A stretch of DNA of 64,000 nt from Octopus sinensis (GCF_006345805.1 NW_021835466.1:1-64000), one strand, 5' to 3'; positions 11,019 through 24,913 are shown, counted from the first letter of the stretch. Notes: generated from the letters alone by a model not told the origin. Numbers and translations are program-made.

Positions 11019-13024
11019 GATATATAAATATGTATATATACATATATTTGCATGTGTCTGTCTGTATATGTATATAGACACGTGTGTATGTATAAAGTCT
11101 CTGTCCTAAAAGTGTGGCGTACTTCAATCTGAAGTGAAGTAAAGACATTTGCACGAATGGGCCATAATATCTGATTTGAATTGATAGCCATTATTCCGAC
11201 CGGTTAGTAATGGCGTAATTTCTAATGAAATATTTAATCAATCATATAAAAAGCCGTTGCATCCACAACTACACACTCACCCTAGCATGTATAAGATAGA
11301 TCGACACACGGCTACATATACATCCACCATATGTAAATACATGTATGGGTTTATATATATATACATATATGTATAGGTCCATACATACATACGTATATTT
11401 AAATACATATATATATATGTATATATATATTCATATATATATATATATTCATATATATATATATATATATATATTTATTTATATAACTGTATATATATAT
11501 AACTGTGTATGTTTCTATGTGTTTGTATAACTGCATGTATATAGATTTAGGTGTACTTGTGGAATAGTCTTAATTGCTTTAATGCGCTAATTACTTTATC
11601 GCTGACATCGTTCAGAACGAAGAGATATGATTTTATCGCGATGACTTCGTACCCACCATATACTCATTAGCTTGCTCTATGAATTAATAATCACCGCATA
11701 ATCATAAATATTTCCTGGTCGTATCGAAGAAAGGATAGCAAAACAATATCGAAGCTTTGTATCTTTGATAACAGCGCTTCAATGTTGAAACACATATGTC
11801 ATGTTGATTTCGATATTTTTGATATCATTGATGTCATTCACATTTTATCATTGGGCTTAATAATGTATAATACCCTGATGCTATATCACCTCTATATTTT
11901 CATTTCCTTTTTGTTTTGTTTTTATCTTAATTCAATTAATGTCTTTATCCTTGTTGTTTTCAGGTAAATTTTGAAACAAATATATCTTCTTGAGTTCGAT
12001 TCAACTTGATGTCCTTGAGGTCATTACTATATATATCGTGGTGCTTATAACTAAGGAACATGACGTTACTTGAACATTACCTTTCGATTTCCTTTTTGTT
12101 GTTTTTTTTTAATTCATTTTCTACATTTATCCTTGTATTTTCATCTCAACACAATACAAACTTCAAACTAAAGCATTAAAATCACAAACAAGATCGTCAT
12201 TATATCACTAAGCTGTCGTTATTTTTTAGACCAAGATCCCGCTAGTTCGACGTGACCTATAACACAAATACTTGTCGCTATGAATTTTCCTTCTTTTTTC
12301 TGATTGTATAATACATCCAATATAACATTATTTAATATGTCCTTCCATTTTCAAAACGATAGAATGAGATTTGATGGAGAATTTACAATACATTCTTACA
12401 ACTCAATCTCCACGAATCGGCCCTCATGTTGGGTCGTTAGAATTCTATTGAACAACGCGGTTATAGGAATCAATAAAAGATACCGTGGATTGCATGTCTG
12501 TGTCACGATGAATGGCATAGATGTCACAGTCAGCGCCGATTTCATTGTCGTTCCACTGAAATTTCAGCTGGTGAATTTCTGTCTTCGTTTCGTATATACT
12601 ACGACAGAACAGACTTTCTAAATATATTTCTCCTATTCTATTTCTCATTCTGTCGGAATTGCTATGAATCAGCTTTGATTGCTCTTGTTGGTTGCATAGC
12701 TTAATATCCTGTTCTGGTTTCCTTTGATTACAAATACAAACACAGTGAACTCCTCACAAACTCACACACATAGACACACTGTCGGAAACAAAAGCAAAAG
12801 CACGCACACACACAGAGACGTAGCTGTGTTGGAACGAAGCTTGTTTCCAAAACAGATGGCTTCTGGTGTAGTTCAATGCGTGGAAACACGGGCAAGTGTC
12901 ATTTAATACAATATCAGGCAAACTAGCCCAGTTTGAGTGGATATTATTGATAGAAACTGAAACAAGCCCGTCTTATATATAGGACGGGTTTGTTTGATTG
13001 ATACATCACCACATTGATACCACA

Positions 13025-15900
13025 AAACCTCAAAGCATCTCTATTTTCCAGTGTAGTTTTGACTTAATGACACATGCATTCAATATCTGCCAGAATGGAA
13101 TAGAAATGCTGTCTAAATCTCAATAATACATGCAAACAATTACTAATTAGGTCACGATCGTGCCTACAACGTTTATTGAGAGATATGCCTCGATGTTTTG
13201 CTGCACAATCAAATAAAATGCGTACTTTGTCCGGGTTTTTTTAAAATCAGAAATGCTAGCATGATGAAGATGATACAATATAGGTTCAACACTATGAATT
13301 TTCCCTGTAGGGAACGACCTCAGCATATCAATTGCTAACTAACTTGTTCATTTCTAAATCGTATCTTTGAACAAGATCTTGCCTTTCATGTTTCCTTAAT
13401 TAACTACTACATAATTATTTGGCAATGTTTCATCCCTATCTTTCTTGGGAATTAGTAACTTATAATGACCATCCACTTTCAAACATTCCCTATCCCATAA
13501 TTCAATTACTGAATGATTATCTTGCAATCAACCAACTTCATGAATTCGTTCGTTTTCCAATTTCCATCATACATGTATGTTATTTGCAACTACACAGGGT
13601 GACATAGTAACAAATGTAGATATGACTTGACGACTAAATTGTTTAACCGATGACTAACCATTGCTGCACCAACCGAAGATTTTCCTAATTGCAAAGGGTT
13701 CACCTTTCTTACCCTTACGTACTTCTAATGGTATAAAGGCTTCCGCATGATTTTGATTTAGGAACAGATATACTTAGCATTCACTATCAAAATATGGCAA
13801 GCTGATATGAACAGGTGTTCATGTTTGCTCAAATTTATCTGTGCTGTTTTTGCTGAGATTTCATCAACCACTTATACACCAGAAATCTCTAAACTATTAT
13901 CATCTTCAGTACACAAACATAAACTGACCATTTCTGACTCAGCAGATGTAGACTTGTTCAATATATTGAAAAGATATGATACAGATTCATCCTGCAAAGG
14001 CAATCGTTTTGCTAAATTACTTGTACAGAAGGAATTAATTGATCCTGTACCAAGCAAGACAAACACTTTCATACCGTTATTCTCTCTAATTCGTACAATT
14101 GGCGTGCGTGTAACTGAATAGTACTAGCAGATATATTAGCATTTGAAACACTACCATACTAACTTAGTGCATATTCGTTTTCATGAATGTACATGGTGCG
14201 TTTTCTTTTTTTTTTACCACAACCTGCCACACTACAGACAGATTCCTACATGATTCAGTATCGCGACTGGATGGAAGGTAATTTTGACACAAATTGCGTT
14301 CCATGACAAGGCTTAATCGGTCTTTAGGTGTCATTCTCTGAAACATTTGGCAATGCAACAATCGATGGTTTTCATTAGAGAACACACGCGCTGGTTTTGG
14401 ATGCGCATAAGAACTAGTATGGCGTAAATGTCTCTGTGACTCGCTTGTAGTAGTACCAATCTTTGATGCATGATCGTGATGTTTCTATCTTACCATTTTA
14501 CCATAGACTGGCTCATTCACATCTGAAGCAGGTTTAGCAGCGAGCTCTACCGGAAGATTGAATTTGCGATAATCTCCCTTGAAACATTTATATTCTAGAG
14601 CACGTTTCTTCTACTAAAATTTTAAATAAGATTGTAAACGGCTAACAATGTTCAAAATGTTAGAATTGTAAATTCACTCCTTGGGGCAGGCTTAGCTTTA
14701 TGAAAATCATCTTAGAATGAATTTTGCGGATTGTCCCCTAGTTTCTGCGACACATGTGTGGCTTTCAGTGGTTTATTTTTTCAGAAAATTGAGGAATAAA
14801 ACGGCTACGAAGTGGGAATTGCCAAAAACTAATTTTTTCAAGAATACCGAGTGCTTGTTGATATCCTACCACACCACCAATTAAGAGACAGCCCCTAATA
14901 GCCTCTCTCGCAGAACCTTGTGTATAATGAATTAAACGCGTTACATTGAAATTATTTTCTGCACAAATCGAATCAACGTTGAGATGAAACGATTCAATAA
15001 ATGTGTGATACAGAGCGGATCTCACTTGAAAGTTTACAACCCAACTTTTGGCATTTATGAGCTTGTAAGTACTTATTCTATCGGTCTCTTTTGCCGGACC
15101 ACTAAATAACGGGGACATAAACACACCAGCATTGGTTGTCAAGCAATGCTAAGGGGACAAACACAGACACACAAACACACACATACATATATACATATAT
15201 ACGACGGGCTTCTTTTCAGTTTCCGTCTACCAAATCCACTCACAAGGCTTTGGTCGGCCCGAGGCTATAGTAGAAGACACTTGCTCAAGGTGCTACACAG
15301 TGGGACTGAACCCGGAACCATGTGGTTGGTAAACAAGCTACTTACCACACAGCCACTCCTGCGCCTATGTAAATCATTTATTTCAACATAAGGTTCCTCA
15401 ACCATACTTTCTAAATTGTTGGGCTTTATATCTTTAAATACATATTTTATCGCTTATAAAATATTCACATAGTCGTTTTGCACACTGTAGAAATACTTTT
15501 CACTTTCGTCAACCTCATCTTCATCTTGTATTTCATAAAAAGCATTATGAGCCTCGGAATCTCTTCAACGAGTGTTTTATTTTTTTTCCTTGATCTTCAA
15601 GAACAACTAAAGTGTCTTTCACAATGCATTGTTTTACATAATTTGCTCCAAGTGTCATGGCTGTCTAAGTCAATGTCCTTTCTGTTTCGAAATTGCCATT
15701 ATAAGCCTTATGACATTCTGAAGAATCACTGGAATAAATTCACTTTTCAAATTCTTTTCAACAACTGGAATTCCTCTTCAAAGTTTTTGTGTTCTGTTGT
15801 TGCTGCTTCCTGTAGAAATCTAGGCGAGCGGGGCCACAATGACCACTGTGATAGCAAAGACGAACAATGGCTAAAACTTTGGAGCGTTTTATTTTCCACT
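13025..15900 (-). mobile_element. BEL/Pao LTR retrotransposon relic (gag, protease, RT N-terminus), interrupted by SINE A
   Basis: In order on the minus strand: EAHNAFYEIQDEDEVDESEKYFYSVQ; DUF1759-like RLIHYTQGSAREAIRGCLLIGG..GYQQALGIL; gag Cys-His HRLLHC..F..M...RLSLV..RNLCQN; protease VFVLLGTGSINSFCTSNLAKRL and EAFIPLEVRKGKKGEPFAIRKIFGW; RT KPDKVRILFDCAAKHRGISLN...RQH..ILADIE. Confidence 0.85.
15066..15365 (-). mobile_element. SINE family A (3'-truncated) inserted in BEL/Pao gag
   Basis: Family A head and body on the minus strand, between two gag segments. Confidence 0.85.
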
Positions 15901-16245
15901 CATACGTTACAATAGGCACGTGTACCGTGTGTACATACATGTGTACGGCAAGTGTACGGCAGGTGTACGTAGAAAAACTTTGTCAGCTCATCATTATAGA
16001 AGTAGCACAAAATTTCTCAGGTTAACAAAAAGATGCAAAAAATAAATAAATAAAACAATCAAAGATGACAGCGTGTTTTTGAGATATAGGTGGGCACAAG
16101 AGTCATCCGGAAAACAAAACAACTTCGATCACAGATAGGCACAGTAAGTGACACACTTCGGACAAGTTGTAAAACTAAGACTAAATGATAAAACTAGTGA
16201 ACACTCACACACACACAGACTCACATACACACACACACTAAGACT

Positions 16246-16325
<80 letters not shown>

Positions 16326-16729
16326 GAGTGCATAGAAAGAAATTTTCATCGTCTATATGCTGAGAAATAGACAGTAAACCGTCTCACCACTAAAGAAGTC
16401 ACAAACACATTTGTTGAATTCGAGGGAAGAAGCCAACGCAAATTATTTTTTAAAAATAGATAGCAATGGATTTGTTAATTTCTGGATTCACCCAGTGGCA
16501 TGATGCTTCTTATTCAACAATTGTGGCTTCTAAGGTGGTAAGACGATTTAGCGTTTTTTCTCAACAAAGAGGCTATGAAATTTTCGTTTTAAGTCCTCAT
16601 TATAATTATACATATAATTTCACTTTAATTGCTCTAACGTTTTAAAAAAAAATTGTCATTTGTTATATCTATGCAGGCGAAGATGTGTAGTAAAACTTTT
16701 TTCTTTCCAAACATAAGTCCTGGCCTAGA

Positions 16730-16809
16730 GTCCCACTTGGATAAATGTCTTTTACTATATGTAGAGGCCGAACAAAATTTTCTAAATGACGGAAACTGAA
16801 AATGCCTGT

Positions 16810-16856
<47 letters not shown>

Positions 16857-17410
16857 ATATGAGTGTATGTGTGTACATCTCTCTCTCTATCTTTATGTAT
16901 ATATATGTATACATATGTGAGTGTGTGTATGGGTGTATACATACATATATCTATTCATTTACTTGATTCTGTCATTTGACTGCGGCAATACAAGAGAACC
17001 GCCTTCAAGCGTTTTTTAATTGAAGAAATGGACCTTAGGACTTGTAATCCTGGTATTTATTTTACAGGTCTCTTTCGCCAAAATGATAAGATACGTTGAC
17101 ATAAACACAATATCATCGGTTGTTGTGACATAAACACAACATCATCGGTTGTCAAACGATGGTGGGGTAAAAAAGAATATTTAGAATAATTGTTTTTAGC
17201 GAGCTGGTAGAATGGTTAGCACGATAGGGAAAATGATTTGCGGCATTTCGTCCGTCTTCACGTTTTGAGTTCAAATTCCGCCAAGATCGACTTTGCCTTT
17301 CGTCCTTCCAAGTTCGATGAAATAAGAAGTAGTTGAGCGATAGGTTCGATTTATTCGACTTTGCCCCTCCCCCAAACCTGCTGGCATTGTGCCAAAATTT
17401 GGAAGCAATA
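16730..17410. mobile_element. Old SINE A (minus, ~16730-17170) and old SINE B (plus, ~17195-17410)
   Basis: Degenerate family A and family B motifs. The A copy has a 28-bp internal duplication near 17100-17150. Confidence 0.6.
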
Positions 17411-17726
17411 TGTAATGAAATATGTGAGTTCTGCCATGGCTTGTTTGAATAAATATTATTTCAAAATTTTGAGGAAGAATTTAATGAAATTAATATCCTC
17501 TTAACTCCACCGTGATCAGCATCACTTGAACTGCGAAACGTCGACAACAACACTTAGTATATTAATATAAGAGTCCTCTGAACTCACTATAAGAAAATGT
17601 GCCACTTTCATATTCTCAATGCTTTATATATATATAGAGAGAGAGAGATTAAATATAATTTACATAAAAATAATTGTAATTTCTGAGTTCTCAATCAACA
17701 TCAGTATAAGTTATATATTTACTATT

Positions 17727-18112
17727 TACTCTTTTACTCTTTTATTTGTTTCAGTCATTTCACTGTGGCCATGCTGGTGCACCGCCTTTTAGTCGAGCAA
17801 ATCGACCCCAGGACATTCTTTGTAAGCCCAGTACTTATTATGTCGGTCTCTTTTTGCTGAACCGCTAAGTAAACACACCAGCATTGGCTGTTAAGCAATG
17901 CTGCGGGAACAAACACAGACACACAAACACACACACGCATATATATACATATATACGACAGGCGTCTTTCAGTTTCCGTCTACCAAAACCACTCACAAGG
18001 CTTTACCCGGCCCGAGGCTATAGTAGAAGACACTTGCCCAAGATGCCACGCAGTGGGATTGAATCCGGAACCATGTGGTTCGTAAGCAAGCTACTTACCA
18101 CACAGCCACTCC
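17727..18112 (-). mobile_element. SINE family A, full length
   Basis: Reverse complement of the family A consensus. Confidence 0.9.
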
Positions 18113-18577
18113 TATTTGTTTATTTTTATTATTTTTCTGGACGTGTGTATTCTTTTATCTGTCCTGGAAAGTACAGAATACAAAGTCGATCATAAATTCT
18201 GATCTTACAATATAAAGAAAGCAAAAACAAATAACCGAAGAGATTCTGTCTCCATTCTATCAATACTAATAAATTGGAAGATTTTTAGAATTTAATTCAT
18301 TAAAAATATACCCAAACATATGTAGATCGACATACGTCAAGTGATGTTGCATTGGTCTAGTTGCATACAATGAATAGGATGGGAGAAATGTCTTTATCCT
18401 GGATGAAGCGTCGTAAATGGTATCGAAATACGGTCTTTTTATATCTCTATATTCTGGAATAACTTTTTTTTATTAGAATTATTTCTGAGTGAGTTCAATT
18501 AGTTAAAGTGCAGCTGAAGTAAATAAAATATAGCATAGAAACGCTCATTTTATCAAAAGAAATCTATCGATAATCTA

Positions 18578-18608
18578 GTTGTATATATATATAATATATA
18601 TATATATG

Positions 18609-18641
<33 letters not shown>

Positions 18642-18723
18642 CTATATATATATATATATATAATATATATATATAATATATATATATATATGTATATATA
18701 TATGTATATATATATTATATATG

Positions 18724-18758
<35 letters not shown>

Positions 18759-18869
18759 GTATATATATATGTATATATATATATATATATGTATATATAT
18801 AATGTATATATATATGTATATATATATGTATATATATATGTATATATATGTATATATATATATATGTAT

Positions 18870-18925
<56 letters not shown>

Positions 18926-19072
18926 ATATATGTATATATGTATATATATATGTATTATATATATGTATATACATATATGTATATATATATGTATATATTT
19001 ATGTATATATATATGTATATATTATATATGTATATATTATATATATATATATGATATATATATATATATATA

Positions 19073-19162
<90 letters not shown>

Positions 19163-19205
19163 CACGCACACTCTCTCTCTCTCACACACACACACACGTA
19201 TATAT
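18578..19205. repeat. ~620-bp compound (TA)n/(TATG)n microsatellite
   Basis: Direct reading of the sequence. Confidence 0.95.
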
Positions 19206-19734
19206 GTGTGTATTATCTTGTATTCTATCATATGGCTTTAAAACATATTTTCTAATGTAGTCTGAGATACGACGTTTGCTTAAGCGGAGTCTCGTAGAGT
19301 TCATATAAAAGTCAATAAATAAAGAGCTGTATGAATTAAAATTCTCCTATGTTATAATAAGTAAAAATACGTTAGTCTTATACACACGCTTCGACACAGG
19401 CTTTTATGTGCATAAGTACAAACAAATATACACACATACGCACACTGATACACATAGTACAATGACCGCGCTGAGGTACACTGATATTAAAGTCAAATGT
19501 TTCTTAAGCGATTGAATTCTAATAAATCACCATCCAATAAAATTCCCGTTATTTACTTATGATAAGTAAACATCTCAACAAGTCTATCCAGACATATACT
19601 CATTCAAACATATATACCCACCCGTACACACCAACGCACATATCTATTTTCTAACTGAAAACAGATATGTGTATCTAAGCGTGCGTGTGTGAGAGTGGTG
19701 GTGCGGATTCTTCGTTTTTTGTGTATCGGTGTGA

Positions 19735-19790
19735 AAGTGAGTGTATCTATGACTATAAAGTGAGTGTGTCTATGACTATAAAGTGAGTGC
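19735..19790 (+). repeat. 22-bp minisatellite, ~2.5 copies
   Basis: AAAGTGAGTGT(A/G)TCTATGACTAT repeated. Confidence 0.8.
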
Positions 19791-20689
19791 TTAAAGACAG
19801 TCGGACACCAAGAACGTTAAATATACAAAACAAATATATACGAAATTAAAACCAACTTCGCCATCTGACTTTTCAATATCCAAGCTTGAATACAATCAAT
19901 TAAACGAAAGTACAGTGTATATATTAGTCTGAACACGTAACATGATTTACATCCTCATGTCTCCGCTATACGTTATGTTTATTTTATTCATTCTAGTTGT
20001 TGTTATAGTTCTAGATTAATCATAAACCAACTGCTTCATATCTGTAATTCAAATACCGTATATTCTCAAGTCAAATAAATTTGGTAAAGAAAGCAAATTT
20101 ATGAAATTTAAGAAAACTTGTCTGGTTCTGTGAGTTAACAAGTGTTAATGAATAACTCGGAGGAAATGAAATGTGTTCATTTTGATAAGAAGTTTATAGT
20201 TTAATTACACATTTACTAACTCAATTTATCCCCCATTCGTTCTTCATTTATTTACTTTTTTGTGGGTTTGGATGAAGTTGATCTTTATTGTATATAATTC
20301 CAAATGTTTAATTCCTTTTATCATTTAAATAGTTTAATTCATTCGAGTGAAAATATTTTAGTGCTGAGACCTCAAGAATTTAGATAAATATATTGTATAA
20401 ATTAGTTCTCCATGTGGGCTTCCTGAGGCACCTATCTAGCGGACTCATTAGCACGTCTGAGCTAGCTTTCGATTTTTACTTTTGATTTATGTCCTTAGTT
20501 TAAATTTCCGCGGGATCAATTATGTTCTTCTTTTTCTGCGTCAACAACATAAGTATCACATGAGTGCTATGTAATTTTGGGGGTATTGTTCAGCAGAAAG
20601 GGAAACAAGATGACATTTGCGGGATGATATGTATTCTGAGATACTGCTAATATGATGGATCTGTGAGTGATCAGTAACGGGATAGATGT

Positions 20690-21210
20690 CTCACCTTTCT
20701 CACAGGACTTTAAACTCTATGTTGTTTAATACACACAGGTGTTATAGAACGATGTGAGGGACTTGAGAGGCGGAGTATGCAACGGAAGGCCAGACACCTT
20801 CCAAGACGTCTGTACCGTCACACAAGGCAATAAAAGCAAAAGTTTGATGAATGTCAATCTCCCTGATTTTATTCTCCCAGAACCACGGCCTCCTGGCTGA
20901 CCATACCTCAATCTACTGGACAATTACGTATTGGGAGTGGCCGCGAGAAAGATCAATCAGCAACCTATAACACCATACAATCTCTGAAGTCCGCAATAAC
21001 GAACACTATATCGAAAAATCAAGTGATTCGGGAATATCAACGCTTCGAAACCCGGACTAAAGCAGACATCGATACTAACGGTGGATTGATCAATTAGATG
21101 TGAAAAAGGGATTCTCAAGTTTATGTGTTCCTATTTGCTGCAGCTTTTCTTTGATGATCTATGCCTCTTTAAATTCATGCAAATGACCTCAAAAGGCACA
21201 CCTTGGCAAT
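20690..21210 (+). mobile_element. Tc1/mariner transposase C-terminal relic (maT/DD37D-like)
   Basis: PDFILPEPRPPG*PYLNLLDNYVLGV resembles WPPNSPDLNPLDY.VWG. It is preceded by a GRP.TFQ(Q)D..PSHKA-like segment and followed by ..SLKSAI..GGLI. Confidence 0.6.
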
Positions 21211-22383
21211 ATGATGAGGTTTTGTTTTCAGTTTCCGCCCAACAAATCCACTCACATGGCTTTGATAGAAAATGTTGAAGACCTTTTCTTTGAGCCACGT
21301 AAAGAAACCGAACCAGAGACCAAATCGTTGTATAGCAATCACATTATCACACGGCCATGACTATGTGTATATTAATGTTCCTATGAACCCACAACACCTT
21401 TTAAAGAATGTTCCAGTGCTAAGTTATACCTATTTTCTGGAGAAATTGCAATGTAGATGTTATTGGAAAGTGGCCAAATAAAGTACAGATCGAACTGTTG
21501 ACCATGTGTTCAAATATTCCCTCAGCACTTATGCAATTAACATAGTTGCCGAATTAGCGATGGCGGAGGTTGTAGTTTTGGTTGGTGCAGGTTGTAGTAT
21601 GGTGAAACCCATGATTCATTTTATAACACTGTTTTTCCGTCATCGCATAATTACTTCTAGTTAGCATATATAATGCCGAGATCATTAAATATGATAATAC
21701 TAAGTTAAGTATTGATTTTTCTCCGAGCGGATAACTCTCTGAATTATTAACTTCCTAATCATTTTTTTCTACATTTACGCAAATAAAATCTTGAATATTT
21801 ACTTCGTAGTTCTTTCAAATCTTTTTCAGTAGGTGAGCGATGAAGTTATCTTTTTTTCTTTCTCTAGCTTGAATAAGGCAAAACATGTCTGGAGTTATCT
21901 TCCGTTCTTAGAATAATATTAAATGGATATACAAGAAAAAGAATTGCTTTGATATAATGCAATTTCTGGCGGATTAATCTTTTATAGACAATGTTTTTTA
22001 TTGGTTCGCGAATTAAATACGCTGAAACTAAATTTAATAGGTTTTAAAAATGACTCAGAGGCAAAAAGAGCTTTTCAAGACAATTCTATTAAGTTAATGC
22101 CTGTATGTTTAATTTAATTCTCATACGAATACGAAATGCAAATAATTGTGTTGCATGGAAGTGACGGTATTCAGTAAATGACTAACAATATTTTTATGTT
22201 CCAGTAACAACTGGAATCAGTTGAATTGATGTTTAGGTTTCATGAGGCATCCTAGTCGAAAGAAATAATCATTATATACAGCATTATAGTTGGAAGCATA
22301 AGGAACAGGAGTTTGTATATTGAACCAAAACGGGAGTATAACAGTAACATGATTTACAAATGTTACATTCAGACAAGTGATTT

Positions 22384-22426
<43 letters not shown>

Positions 22427-22659
22427 AAGGGAAAGTTTAAGAAAATAAACAAAAACGAAGGCAAGTGGTGTGCAAACAAACAGATGTATTAGTATAGCGC
22501 TCAGAAATAGAAAAAGTATTTTACGTTTCGAGCCTAGGCTCTTCTACAGAAAGGGACACAGAAAAAAGCAAGGAGAGAAACAAGGAGAGAAAAAATGTCT
22601 GTAGTGGCTAATGATCTATCATGGTGATATATATCCACAAGGACAACATAATTTTAACA

Positions 22660-23040
22660 TATGGAGTCGCTTACGAACCACATCGTTCCGGGTTCAGTCC
22701 CACTGCGTGGAAGCTTGGACAAGTGCCTCCTTCTATTGCCACGGGCCGACCAAATCCTTGTAAGTGGATTTGGAAGACGGAAATTGACAGAAGCCTGTCG
22801 TATATATATATGTATATATATATATATGTGTGTGTGTGTGTCTGTGTGTGTATGCGGGTGTGTATATGTTTCTGTATCTGTGTGTGTACCCCCAACATCG
22901 CTTGACAACCGGTTCGTCAAAAGACACCGATAGAGTACGTACTAGGCTTACAAAGAAGTCCTGGGGTCGATTTGCTGGACTAAAGGCGGTGCTCCAGCAT
23001 AGCCAAAGTCAACTGACTGAAACAATTAAAATAGTAAAAT
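22660..23040 (+). mobile_element. SINE family A
   Basis: Family A head, body and tail, moderately diverged. Confidence 0.85.
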
Positions 23041-24124
23041 AGTATAATTGCAAATAGTTAACCTAATTACTGTTTGCTAATTGTTTGCCATTATAAGTAC
23101 AACGTGTGCTTTGAAAGAGACCGATGCTATATTAAGTTGCATTGTGGAAATTTGATGCCAGAATGGTTAACATTACACACTGTAGGTCTTTTACGATAGG
23201 TATGTGGCATTTTTTCTTTTTTTTTTGTTTTAAGTGTAGAGAATGTGGTTTTTCCAAGAGCAATAACCATAGTAAATAAAATTATTTATATTCAACCAAA
23301 GCATGAAGAGAATCTTTCAAGTGTCAGCTGACATTTCGTTTTCGTTCTACCATACAATAGACCACATCAAAACTGTTTGTTTAATTTTAGGGAACTGACA
23401 ATATGCTTCATGCGAGTAAAAATCGATTGATTCTAGGTTTTATTTCTCCCATTGGAACAAAGCCAATGCAAAACATTCATACGTTCCCAAAGAAGTTAAT
23501 TAGCATCATAAGTGATGTTAATTGGAATCAAGCAGGAATCGAAACAGTGCTGTGATATAAAGTGTAAAATAAAATAAAAAATTAAAATCACGAAATTCAA
23601 TAGATTTCCCCTTAACACTACAAGCCTCGTCCCACTATTAGTAATATTGATTTCTTATCTGGTACCTACTTTTTCGATATCATAATTACGAGAACAACAA
23701 GAGGGCGAATCAGACTTTTATATTGGAAATGTAAAGAGAAGTGAATAAGATTTTTTGAACAATTTACTCCGGTGATCCAACATTTGAGCAAAAACAACTA
23801 ACATTTGATAATGAATGCAACTAGCTTTGACTGACGCACGTATATGATCGAGTATAACAGACATAGTATATACACATAGTGCATATACATACATACTTAT
23901 ATAAACATACAAATGTATGTCCGTGTGTGTGTGTTTGTGTATGTATGTGTGTGTATCTGTGTGTGCATACATACACATATGTAAATGTAAATATATATGT
24001 ATACACACCAACCCACATACACACATATATATATATAGTGAGAGAGATTCAGATGAATATTGTACTTAAGTCAAAGGCACTAGAATTTGGTGTGGTATTA
24101 TCCATATAAATCAAATGGGGTGAT

Positions 24125-24453
24125 TATAATCAAAATAAGCAACAAGGATATCCACATTAGAGTAGTACAATTGTTTCATGCTACTTCATTTTATCAAACA
24201 CTGTAAGTATTACATCAGTTTTAAAATGTCGAGCAATCTTCAGCCACTTATACAATTTTCCAATCAGACGGACAATGCACATTCTTATCCCTATTTCATT
24301 TGCCAACATTATAACGAGAGTAGATATATATCTACCCTCCGTTTGATTGGAAAATTCTATAAGTGACTGAAGATTGTTCGACATTTTAAAACTGATGTTT
24401 TAAACAAGTGTACTACTCCACCTTGGATATACTCGTTGCTTATTTTGATTATA
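24125..24453. repeat. Large fold-back inverted repeat element
   Basis: 24125-24176 pairs with 24402-24453 and 24212-24272 pairs with 24338-24398. The spacer contains the 16-bp palindrome GTAGATATATATCTAC. Confidence 0.9.
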
Positions 24454-24634
24454 TATATATCTAAATAGTTATCGCCAAGCTAATATGGCAGTCCATAAAA
24501 TATAGGACGAAAGTTGCCGTATATATATATATATATATATAATATATATATATATTATATATATATATATAAAACATTATTGGTGAATTGAAAAATGGAG
24601 TGAACGCAGATTGAACAGAAATCGTTTTATTTCA

Positions 24635-24714
24635 TTCTACACGTGTTTCGAAAGGCACAAATTACCAAAATCCGATTGAATAATGGGACCATATTGTGTC
24701 TTTCTCTTCAGGAA
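24635..24714 (-). ncRNA. Type I hammerhead ribozyme motif, intact core
   Basis: Minus strand reads TTC-CTGAAGA-GAAAGACACAA..TTGTGCCTTTC-GAAA-CACGTG-TA-GAA. G10.1-C11.1 is present, stem II has 10/11 pairs, stem III is the palindrome ACACGTGT, and the triplet is GUA. Stem I is short. Confidence 0.7.
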
Positions 24715-24880
24715 GAAAAAAGGAAATCCGTTGGAAAAACAAAAACAGAACAGAGGCAGAGCAAAAAACAAATCGAACTGTGCTCCTAAGAGCCCATGGC
24801 GAAACTGTTTATCAGTGTATGTTGAGAACCGGTGGCTGAAGAATTCAACAGGTCAGGCATCGGTCAAACATCGGTCAAAC

Positions 24881-24912
<32 letters not shown>

Positions 24913-24913
<1 letters not shown>

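Noticed and set aside
19258-19305. CTGAGA..GTCTCG hairpin as a hammerhead
   Set aside because: Both core motifs are too degenerate to support a call.
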